This document shows positions 22,716 to 34,221 of a stretch of DNA of 64,000 bases, piece by piece. Position 1 is the stretch's first letter; the number at the start of each line of letters is the position of its first letter. The stretch lies in NCBI GenBank assembly GCA_964187785.1, contig OZ076418.1:21762001-21826000 (forward strand), in the 5' to 3' direction. This DNA comes from Amphiscolops sp. MND2022 (taxonomy: Eukaryota). The notes beneath the pieces were generated by a model, which searched no databases, was not told the DNA's origin, and worked only from the letters and a program-made list of their open reading frames with translations. The position numbers were made by a program, and so were the translations under genes.

Positions 22716-25700
22716 TAACTTCGCCACGACTCCAATACAAAGAACTAATATCTGTCCGACAATACATCAGATCGGACCCTCCAACACAAACCTTTCATCA
22801 ACACAATCAGCAATTGATGGGATACCCCTCCGTTGTCTGGCAGCAACAGATGGAAAAAGCCATCAGTATTACCTACAATAACACCCATTTGTTCCCGAAA
22901 CCAATTCCTGTTTGGGATCCTGATTATACAACTACCTTCACAACCCGGTTCAGGCCCATTCGCCTGATCGATGATTACAATCCAACATACATCAACCCAG
23001 ACTGTGGCAGAGATCTTTATTGGGACACCGAGATTTATAACCAGGATCTCTTGCAATTCCAGTATGTTCTAGACGACATTGAACACTACAACAAAACAGT
23101 CCACGAGAACCCTCCAATTACCCACAACAAGAAAACACGGGCACTAATCGAAAATTGATAAGTGAACGATGGTACAAACCACCCAGTGTTCCCAAACCCC
23201 CTGGGGACCGAGAATCCTGAAAATACCGCTGAATCCATACCACAATCACTATTAGACGAGAAACAATTCCAGAATGTGCTCATAACCAAAGATGGTGAAC
23301 CAGACTGTATACCCCTGTCAACCAACATTATTCTCAAATGCAAGACAAGAAACGCATGCTTTATTTCTCAATGGACTTTGGAGAATTGACCATTGATGGA
23401 CTCATCGACACTGGGGCACTGTCCAGTGCAATTCATGAAATGGACCCCCGGAAAATCCGCCTTTTATCTCCACAATCTGTCATCCGGTAAGGTCCCCCTC
23501 CAAACTTCCAAATCATGGTCGCTAATGGGCAACTGGAAACTCCTAAAAGTACCATAGAGCTCAAATTCGAAATTGGTGACATTGAGTTCCATGAAATCTT
23601 CATAGTAATGGAACATCTGACAGGACCGATCATTGGACTAATGTTCCTTCGGAGAAATCATACAGTCTTGGACATGATACAAGGAATCCTGAATTTCCCG
23701 TTCTTTTCAATGCAGCTTAAAACAGCTGACCACAAATATTCCAACGTACTAGAACCAATTCTCAACCCCACTGAGATAACGATCCCGCCAAATGATAGAG
23801 TCCTAGTTAGGACCAATTCCTTACTGTATCATGAGAATGCGATTACTGGAATTTTGCAACCGAGCGACCTTCTACATGAAGAAGGCGACATCACATTTTG
23901 CCCAGCCTTGGTCACTCTAAATGATGGCAGTATATCGATACTTGTGAACAATTTCACAGACCACCCTTATAAACCTAAAAAGGGACTTCATATTGCCAAT
24001 TTCTCAGTCATGACGCCAGAACAGATGAAATATGTCAAACCGGTAGACCCGGCTTCAACCTTTAACCTTTTGCAAAATGACCAAAAGCAGGCAGCCCATT
24101 ATGTCAGCAGCCTCATCAAGACGAACAGAAATCCTCAAAATTCCGAAAATTACTGGTTCCCAACCCCAGAAAACCCTGGAACCCCGAGGAACACACAGCC
24201 ATCCATAAAAAAATTCTACGTGAACTACAGGCCTTACAGGACCTGGAGACACTCGACCCCACCAAAGATGAAGAATCTCGTGCAAAATTCCTAGAAAACT
24301 TTGATTGGAAAGATTCCACCCTTACTCCTGAAGAAAAGGAGAAAATTGAGGAATTACTAGTGAAATTCTATGATATATTCGCACGACACAGAGTTGACAT
24401 AGGCATGATCGAGAAATTCAAGGTGAAATCGACACCTAAGGACGATTCCCCAGCTTATAGCCAGAGACTCTCAGCCCCTATCAACCTGAAGGAGGAGATC
24501 TTAGTCGAACTGGCCATGTTACACAAATATGGCATCATCACCACCCTACCGTTCTCGAAATATGCGATTCCAATATTCGCACAAAAGAAACCGAACGGAA
24601 AACTCGGACTCTTGGTTGACTTGAGAAAAATCAACAACCTCATATCCGATGATTACATAAACAATAATCACCCCGTCAGTACTTTAGTCGACGCCGCCCA
24701 ACACTTAGCGGGCAAAAAACTGTTCTGTAAATTAGACTGCTCACAGGCATACCATTGCCTACCGATGGCTGACCAACGATCGATTGAAATGTTGGCCTTT
24801 AACTTCGCCAGTCGCACATTTTCATACAGACGTTTGGCACAAGGCCTTAGCCGGGCTCTGTCCGCGTTTTCGAGCTTCTTGAGGGAATACCTCGACAAAG
24901 TCATCAAAGCGGATCAGTGCGCCCAGTATATGGATGATATCGGCATCGCAGCCAATGATGCCGACCACCTCATAGCTAACCTGAGAGCAACGTTCAAATG
25001 CATTCAGGAAGCTGGCCTTAAGTTGACAATGCACAAATGTCACTTTGGTGCAAACGAAACTGATTTTCTCGGAAGGACTATTACCCCACAAGGCGTCAAA
25101 CCCCAGAAACAGAATGTGCAGAACTTTCTGGAAAAGACCAAATTCCCGAAGTCGAAAAAGGCTTTACAACGCTACTTGGGATTCCTAAACTACTACAGGA
25201 ATTATGTCCCAAGACTTTCAGAACGCCTTGCTCCAATCTACAAGATGCTGAAAAGTGACTAAAAGGTCCTAGTATCGAAGGAATTAGTCCAGCAATTCGA
25301 AGAAATCAAAAAAGCACTAGACAAATGCTGCGACTTGGCCCTGCAGCAACCCTTTCCCAACAAGCAAATTGCACTAATGACTGACGCAAGTTTTGGTGCA
25401 GCCGGATATGCAGTCCTAATCGAAGATGACCCAAATCAGAAATTTACGTCACTCAGAAAATCGTATGCACCGGTCGCATATGGATCAAAAATCTTCACCC
25501 CAGCACAGATCAAAATGTCAATTTATGCCAAAGAATTTCTTGCAATTTATTTTGCATTCAAAGAATTTGGACATATCTTCTGGGGTGCGCCGAAATCGGT
25601 CATTATCCTAACCGACAACAAAGCTGTAACACGATTTTTCTAGACTAAAATAATACCCCCAGCCCTGTGGAACGCGTGTGACTACGTGATTCAGTTCAAT

Positions 25701-27854
25701 TTTGTCATAGCGCACATCCCGGGAGCACAAAATACAGCTGCTGACTATTTGTCCCGTTTGGAACCAGACCCGAAGGACAAATTAGTCATGAAGATCCGCG
25801 AAGATGTACAAACGTTACTAATCGAAATAAATGTCCAATCAGCAGGGGTGTCACAGGAAGAACAAATCTTCTACACGAATGACGACGATGAGACAGAGGA
25901 ACAATTTTGGGCAAGGAAAGAAGCAATCAGGAAAAATCCAGCTACTGATGAGCCCACGGTTACAATACAAACTCTGTCAACAAATCTGGTCAAGCAACAC
26001 CCTGATATACAAGTCCGATTGAGGAAGACGAATCAGATCAATATCGAGCAATCCAAAGATGCGGTAATACAACAATTGAAGGCAAAGCTCCTTCATGAAG
26101 AGTATTCAGAAAATCTACTGCAACAGGATGCTCGATACAGGCAATATGCAAACAATCTGGAACGAATTGTACTAAAGGACGAAATCCTGACAAGGCAATA
26201 CTTTGATGAAACAGGGAACGTTAAATACCATCAAATTCTGCTCCCGCAACACTTACTCCAGGAATTGCTTCAGTCTCTTCACGGGACGGCGCATAAACAT
26301 CCTGGCATTTCAAAGATGTTACAGGAAATCCGACAAAGGTATTACTACCCTAGCATGGCTAAACACGTCAAAAAATGGGTAGAGGGGTGTGAAGAATGCG
26401 CAAGAGACAAGCGAGTCCCTAACGCAACAATTACACCTGAGCTGCTCAACTTGCCCGAATGGGACCTTGGACCTGAAGACGCCATGCAAATTGACCTATT
26501 GCCGAATCTTCCCCCAAGTGGAGGATTTGAAAACGTCCTAACAGCGATTGACGTATTCTCTAGATCTTTGTTCGCCTATCCTCTTACGGACGCATCGGCG
26601 ATCAACGTAGCAAAAGCGCTCATTGACATTATGACCAAGCATGCATATTTACCGACAACACTCATTACTGACAGAGGTATTGCATTTACGTCCACAATTA
26701 TTGCGGAAATCACACAAATTTTGGGCACAACACTCAAATGTGCAACAACAAAACACCCGCAAACAATTGGGAAATTAGAGCGGACACATGCCTCATTGAA
26801 AACAAACCTCAAAATGGCATGTGGAGAATACCGCCGACAATGGCACAAATACTTGCCATTAGCAGTCCTGAATCATAATACCAGCTATCATGCCAGCATC
26901 GGTTGTGAGCCGACGAGAGTATTTCATGGAAGAATTCCAATTAATTTCTTGGATCACAAGCTTGGAAATAATCCAAACGAGCAAGTCAACCCAACAACCG
27001 AATTTGCTGAAGAAATACAAAACCGGACAAAAATCTTGATTGACAAAACAAAGCAGAATATCATGCAGTCGTATATCAAGTACAAAGAGTATTACGACCG
27101 CAAGGCAAAAGCCGCTCCATCAAAGGAGAATGATTACTGCTTCGTATTACAGCCGAAAGCGGACCATCAAGAATCAAAAATTCCATTCCGTGATTATAGG
27201 TGGGTCGGATCATTCATAGTCCAAAAACTTTTACCGAACGAAAATTATACTGTACGACGAATCAATACAAACAAGACTCAAATATTGCATCGGATTCGCC
27301 TTAAAAGGTTTGTCCCCAACCAACCGCTTGAGGACAAATTCCGAGAACAGCGGTTACAGCCTGATGAAGAGATTGTCATTCCGCAAGACGACTTATATAT
27401 CAAAACGTGGGAAACAGACTTTGGCGAGCAGATCGTAACACGAGGACACAATCCTATTCCGACTAGCTTGCCGAATGCCGAACATCCGAATGCGGCTGAA
27501 CCGAGTCATAGTGACATAGACGAGAATGAATCGGATTACATAATCACGAACGACGAAACAAATTACGCGGACCATGCGGCGCAGAGCCGGAATGAAAGAT
27601 TATTTGATGACGTCACAAAAAGGAATGAAGCCACTGAAGCGACTAGCAACGAAGAATCTGATTGGCCGAAACCGGCCGTTTACCCAGAAAATCCAGAAAA
27701 TTCTTTGCTGAATACGGACAAAAAACTGACAAACGATGAAAATTCTTCACAAAGAAACCCGATGAATGAAAACGATGCACAAAATTCTTCAAAAAGGGGG
27801 ATGATATTTTCGTGCCCGAAATATCTGAAAACGATGCTAGAAATGAAAGTCTGA
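22715..27854 (+). pseudogene. pol: Gypsy-A pol (spacer, protease, dUTPase-like insert, RT, RNase H, integrase), broken by stops and frameshifts
   Basis: GLIDTGALSS, KLDCSQAYH, QYMDD, TDASFG, EFLAI, TDN, HGTAHKH..CEEC, QIDLLP, TDRG, GKLER, WVGSF. Confidence 0.93.
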
Positions 27855-28151
27855 GGCCTAGAGGAGGGAAATAAAATCTCAGGCCTAATCCTAATCCAAA
27901 CTACTCAGAAGACTTCAGATACTAGAAAAGGCTAAATTCAGCTCGCAAATGAGCCTGGAATCCTCTTTTCTTTTATCTTTTCTTTTTACTAGTCCCAAGA
28001 AAGTATTTTCTGAATAAATAGTGGGACGACTGAAAAACCCCTCTAAACAAAACAAGAATAGGGGTACAGAAACGGAACAGAAGCAAAATGACAAATACAA
28101 CAGAAATAAACAAAGTTTACAGTCTTGGTGTACACATATACATATGTAGCA

Positions 28152-31100
28152 TTAGGTTTTAGTAACGCTGGACTGGGGAGATACAGTAGCAGAAGAGGCC
28201 GAGGACCGAGAAGCCCTGCGTTCCATCTTTCTTCCTTTCTTACTACTAGGGGCCTTTACAGCTGAATCATCAGCGACAGAACTGGCATCTCCGGAATCAA
28301 TTTGGACAGAGACTTTCTCCGGAACAGATGACGCGATACGGTAGGAAGCCAACAAGGACTTGTAAATCTTTGAGCGCCCTAAGGTGTCAACATATGTCCA
28401 AGGGTCATACTCCTCGGCAAAAGCAGAACGCCCAAAGGAGGAAGACAGAGGGGAAAAGCTAGCCAGGTTGTCATCATTGCTACAGAAGGATACGGAATCA
28501 CGAACATTGGCAAGATAACTTTGGCAGGGGAGAATGACATCGGTGAAGCGATTCTGACGACCCGCAGTGGTAACTGTACCAAACGTAACGTCACGGAGGG
28601 CTGAACTCACAGAGGTTGCACACAGATAGCACAGCTTGAATAACAGCTGGAACAGGTGCGCTCGGTCCTGTAAGAATTCAAGACCAACCAGGAACTCTAT
28701 CAGATCTGAGGAGAAGCAAATCAGATCGAAATTGGGGCCATAGCTAGTCCGTAAATGGTCCAGTAGCTGCATGTACTGGTCCCGACACAGAGACTCATTG
28801 GCACTAGGGACCCAAGAGCGGAGAGCAAAGGTATTATACAGCATGTCAAAATGCTTCAGAGCAACGTCCATCGGCCTTTTGAACATAATGAATGGGTCGA
28901 AGTCAGCCAACCCTTTCGCTATATTGCTCGTCAGCCCAACTCGTTTCAGGACCTCATTGATGAGAAACTGCACATAGTGCTGGATGTCCTTGACAAAGGC
29001 TGTTTTTACTCTCCCTGCGGTGGCCTGTATGGCTGGACGTTCAGACTTTTTTCCGAAGTGGATGCCCTCTGCTCGAGCCTTGCTAGCGGTTCCCACGCGG
29101 TTGGACAATTTGAGCCTGACCAGGTATTCATCCTCAGGTAGGAAGGTCCCTTCACTGGTCTGGAACCGGAGGAGCAAGAACGAGGCATTCTCTAGGGGAA
29201 CTGTGTCCTCGGTGTAGACTGGGTAGCATAGCAGACTCACGAATCGACTAACTTCCCCGCAGAGGTAGAATGAGGCGTCACGCCTGTACTGCAGATTCAC
29301 AGCGAAACTGGTAACATCTAGAAACACAAAAAAGTGCCCAAATACGAAATGTAAACTAACACCACTTCCCCACCAAAATATACTCACAGTCACTGACGAG
29401 CTTGCGGAAGAATTTCAATTTGACGACAAAGAATTCGTCACAAATCAAGGACCACTCGAAGCTCTGCACCTGGAACGGAAAGTCACCCTTAATTCGGCAC
29501 ATAATGTCTGAGGGACGAACAAGGACTAGAGAAACCATTTATGAGTAAGCCTGCCTAACTGGAATAATACGATTGGTTTAGCGGAAAACTAACTCTATTG
29601 CGAGATCCTTGACCTTCCTGCAGGGGAGCGTGTGCCGTCAGGTAGCGTAGCACTGACTTCCACTCGTCTAACAATTCTTGGCGAAGAGTAGGCAAGGTTT
29701 TGACCTCGAGCTGACAAGTGGTGATAGCCTGTAAACCCACAGTGCCAGATGAATTTCAAATACTAGATCCTGAGACTCGCTAACCCCCCTTCTTTTTGCC
29801 AATTAGAACCACATGAGAAAAGAAATCTACCATTGGTTACTTACCCTAGCGAGTTCTGGACGACGCATCACCCAATCTTCGGCGAGAGAACCACCCAGAG
29901 AGACCATCAGGGCTTGCAGCACCGAGAAGGAGTCTATGTGTCCGAACACGAAATAGCTCGTCTTATGCATGAGTCTTGCCAGCGAGAGGTGCTCAAAACG
30001 CAAACAACTCTGGACTCCTTGGGTGAAGTTCTCAGACTGGTCAATTGTTTTGGCAAATTCAACCGGGCACCCCGAGCATGCGACCATATCGGGCCGTGTA
30101 GAGACTGCTGACAGGAATCGAGCTAGTGATCCCAGTTCCCCGGTCACATCAGTCGCAGGAAGAGAACTTCGGCAGATGTAGACCCTGCAAAGCTCTAGCT
30201 GCTTCCAAAATTTGACTGACATGTCCTGGTTAGTGCCAATCGTCTCGAACTCAATCGAAAAACACTGTTGAGAGGACACTTGCTCAGCAATGTCATATAG
30301 CGCACAAATGAAGAAGTGCTGGAATATGGCCTGAAATGGAACCTAAACCTCAGTACCGGGTAAAGTTCAGAAGAAGCATTAGGGCTTAAAAGGCATTACT
30401 TACAGTGAGGCGTTCTTCCCCCCAATCGAAATCAGCCACAGTGGCTTGATGATTGGTGAACGACCCCATCCGTGACCACAGGTTCCTCAGCACCATCATG
30501 TCTCCTTGAGTTTTCGCGAAATCTCCCACGAGACAGAGTTGAGTTTTGGCTCTGGATTCTGCAGTGACCAGTGCTGTAGTGGAACCCTTGATGTAATCAT
30601 CATAAAAGGGGAATCGTTCCCCGATGTCCACCAGCTCTTCATTGATGAAAGGAGGAAGTGCCTTTGCTAATTTCATCTTACTCAAGACTTTTCCATTGGC
30701 TCCTCGGACCCTATGTTGCACCTTACCCGTGACGGGGTCCGTGCTACGCAGGTGCTCATACCGCCAACGCTGGTCGCGGCGTAAATGTCGCTGGGTGCGG
30801 TGATGTCTGAGGATTTCATATGGGCCTTTAGACTTGATGGAAAAGTTCTTTTTACAAATGTGACACCAGGCCATCAAAGGGTTGTGGACAGGATCGGCGG
30901 GTCTTGAAATGAAAGATCTGGTCCAACCTTTTTTCGAGAAGAACTCGTCCTTCATGGGAACTCCTCGTCTCGAGAGCCTACGGTCACTTTTCCGTTTCTT
31001 GGACTTGGAGGTAGCCCGCGTTGTGGTCCGAGATTGATCCCTCAACTCCTGTAGGGTGGTGTCTTGACTGCTAAATTCTGATATGTCAGGCTCGTTTTGC

Positions 31101-32384
31101 TGTTGGCCGGAAGAGGGTTGGACTGCGCCTGAAGCCTGCGATGGGACGGCAGTTTTCTTGAAGGACCGAGTTATCAGATCCATCTCTGTAGCACTATCGC
31201 TCTCCTCATAATAGGATGACTCCCCAGTGCCCTCTGAAGATGAGTCAGGTTGGCGTGTTACAGCTGCTGCTCCCTCTCTTTCGGATTCCGTCTCACTTGA
31301 ATCACCGGGAGCCCTCCGCATAGGGGTTTGACAGCGACCTTTGGAGAGGAAATGAGCGGTGCGGGAAGGCGCGACGGTGGGAGAACCCCGAACAGCGTCA
31401 ATGACCATTCGCTCCATGGTGGAAAACGACCGATTGAGCGTCTCATCAGTCAAAACCCTGAGGAGGTGGTATATCTGGGGCTCAGTGAAGGCAACGGTGG
31501 AATGCCCCACAGGAAGTCGGATGGGGGCGGCTTCGTCGAAGTACTCCTTCAAGATTGCCCTGCTTCGTCCGGAAAGGTCTGAAAACCTGTTCTGGGTAGG
31601 CTGCGTTTGGGGTGCAAGGTCCTTGCTAGTTCCAGGGATTAGCACCTGAGAACTCGTATCATTCCCGCCTTCAGTTCCCGACTCAGTGTGAAAGGGATAA
31701 AAGTCATATAAGGCAACAGGGTTGACTTGACTGACCTCATCTGCGGTCTTCTCCTCATCACTCTGTCCCCCTAGGAAGTGGACCTGGGGTGCCCCTCTAG
31801 GCAGAGCTGGCGCGTCACAGATTGATGAAGCATTCTCGTCATCCGTTCTGGAAGGAGCCCCACTGATGTTGGCTGGTTCAGGGTCAGTTCTGTCCCGCAA
31901 GCTGAGACTCAGACGCAATGATGACTTGGAATGCCGACTCTAAGGCTGACAAATCAGCTTGACAGGTTTCTTCGTCTTCCTCAGACAGAATGGGAGTACT
32001 TGACCTCCGGATCGAGGGGTCATCAGATGCCATTGGAGTAGCCTCAACAGCTGGAGGAACATCGGCATTTGAACCAGAAGTTGAAGCGCTCACTTGTTGT
32101 GGGGCAGATTCTTGTTGTTGTTCTATCATCTGGACCATAGCTTCGGCATACGCAGTAACGTCGGTACTGCTACCCTGGCTGTTAACTGGACTGTCTTTCT
32201 CAGTGGTTGCTGGAGGCAGGCCGGCATTCTCTGCTTGGAGTCTTACAGGGTTGGAATATAAGCCTTCAGAAGTGGCATGGACATTGGCTTGGGACGTGGT
32301 TGGTTCAGGAACGTTCTTTTTCGGAAGATTTTCTAAACGAAAGGGAATGAAATTTAGCGGTGTACTTCCTCGATATGAATCCAT
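28152..32384 (-). pseudogene. Antisense multi-exon cargo gene in Gypsy-A: low-complexity N-terminus, BED/TTF-type zinc finger, hAT-transposase-like body lacking the first catalytic Asp
   Basis: ATG at 32384 (GGTAAAATGG); W..WCHICKKNF...LRHHRTQRH finger at ~30785-30930; phase-compatible GT-AG introns at 30403-30331, 29844-29729 and 29387-29318; FSIEFE; LFKLCYLCATSVSS. Confidence 0.72.
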
Positions 32385-32979
32385 TTTACCGCGATTAGAA
32401 ACCTTCCGGAAGTGTCTGACAAATTTGAATGAAACGTGTTATCACGTGTTTAGTGATGGAAACAGGAAGTGTATTATGAACAAATTTGACCTTGATCAAG
32501 TTGAATGAGTTCTAAAATGGAAATCCAAACCAACCCAAGTCAGAAGACATGTCGCTGAGGGATTGATCTGCTGAACGCTGGTCCAAGTGGGAACGATTGC
32601 TGGAAGTAGAGAGGTTGGCCAAATATGGCAGAGAAGGAGAAGAATACTCCGACGAAGAGAGATCTACAGCTGAGATGAGGATAGAAAGGAGTAAATGTTG
32701 ATGAAGCAAATCCAAGTAAAAGAAGCAATTGAAATATAAATGGAAGTGGAATGGAATTAAAGCTGGGTACGAAGATAAGAAAGTTGGAGTTCGTGGCTGA
32801 AGAAGATTACCAGACTAATATTATTTAGCTATCTACATATTTAAATTGTGCATGGAATCTGCCAGTGAAATGTACAAGGATCTCTTCATTATTTACAGCT
32901 TACTTAGTTAGTGGTCATTTACGGCCGTTTACCCTGTTTTGTTTCACCGTTTTGTTCAGTTGCCTTAGTTACCCTTATT

Positions 32980-33090
32980 AAGAATTTCCGCCATTTTGGA
33001 TTATTCAAGTTTATTATTTTCGCCATTTTAGTTATTCATTTATCAACTTATCGAAGCTGGGCCCTGATTGGCTGAAGCCATTTTGAGAAG
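32980..33090. promoter_or_regulatory. Candidate internal bidirectional promoter
   Basis: Three GCCATTTT (YY1-like) motifs at 32990, 33022 and 33077 plus ATTGG (reverse CCAAT) at ~33067, between divergent ORFs. Confidence 0.45.
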
Positions 33091-33436
33091 TCTCAGTGAC
33101 GCGTGCCGTTAAGCGTTTTCAAGCGGCCCGTTAATTACCCACTTGAGACTGGTGTAGTTGATATTAATAATTCGAGCGTCATTCATACCCCTTCTAGTGA
33201 TGATATTGAAGGGGGTAAACATCAAACTATCAAAGACTGCCGACCAATTATGATATTCCATTCAGGAATGTTTATGTCGGATTAGGATGTTTTACCGAAG
33301 TTTTAACCGCCAAAATGAGATGCCGGGAAAAGGCCCGATTCGGCTAAATTCTAGAGATTAGGGGTTTCATTCTACTCCGAAGTTTTGACTAAACCAGTTA
33401 CCCCTTGCTTTTATAAAGATTGCGAAAAAATTATTA

Positions 33437-34221
33437 ATGCAAAGATTTATTCTGTCGAAAAAACTCTTTGATTTCGAAGAGCAAAGCTCTGAAGAATCAG
33501 CGGATTCCGTGATTACATTTCCAGTGACAGCGAGGACGAAGTATCCAGTGATTGGGATTCGGACTGGTCAACGGACACGGAGGCACTGATCAATAGGATC
33601 GAACGAGAAGTTAAGTCGGGTCCGATACTCATCGCAGGACGAGTGATGACAACTGAAGGATTAGATGAGGAAATTGAAGCGGGACCTAGCAATGCGCAAA
33701 TGGTTCCACCCTCTACCCCCAAACTGGGCTTTAAATACTTTGACAAGGAAAACTGCCTTGCGCCCTCCAAGAAACAGAAGACAAGAATTGAACTATGTAG
33801 TACCGTGCTACGGGTCCTAGAATCACCTATGTCTCCCCCAGAGCATGAGAAGGGACCATCACTGGACACTCCTATACCACAAGCAGAAAGTGACAATTTT
33901 CACGCCTCTTATCATATACAAAATGTGTTACCGTACGCGGATCTAAGCCGCCAGAGATGTCACAGTTGCATGGTTTGCGGTAAGTCAACTGACCAGATAA
34001 AACAAGAGAAGATCAACTGGTATATGGCAAGATCTACGCCCAGGAGTGAGCCCGCTTATATCACCGCTCTACGGAGAGAAGCCTATTCAAATGGTCTTAA
34101 CGCCGGCAGCTTACTTTTCCTAGCACCCGCAGTGTCGCAGGCTGCCGCCTGTGATGGCACCAGAATCACGACAACTACACAAGGGCAAGAGACAGCTTCC
34201 GGCACACTTCCCATTTATCAG
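33437..34221 (+). pseudogene. Sense accessory ORF of Gypsy-A (~260 aa, acidic N-terminus, CxxCxxC), ending inside the 3' LTR
   Basis: MQRFILSKKLFDFEE at 33437 joins the 33643 frame through a frameshift at ~33493-33515; RCHSCMVCGK; CAG at 34219 corresponds to TAG at 19964 in the 5' LTR. Confidence 0.6.

Larger units (their letters stand above)
21017..22718 (+). pseudogene. gag: Gypsy-A gag, apparently starting inside the LTR, with one frameshift near 21500
   Basis: ORF 21017 (MPTTRKQKK) and ORF 21615 are one frame apart; the 21615 frame is open back to ~21503 (DFNEVQRNPNAKNNLRNEQDENQ...HDM). Knuckles CNYCKEKGHMVKDC and CGTCGKKNHPEERC. Confidence 0.8.
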
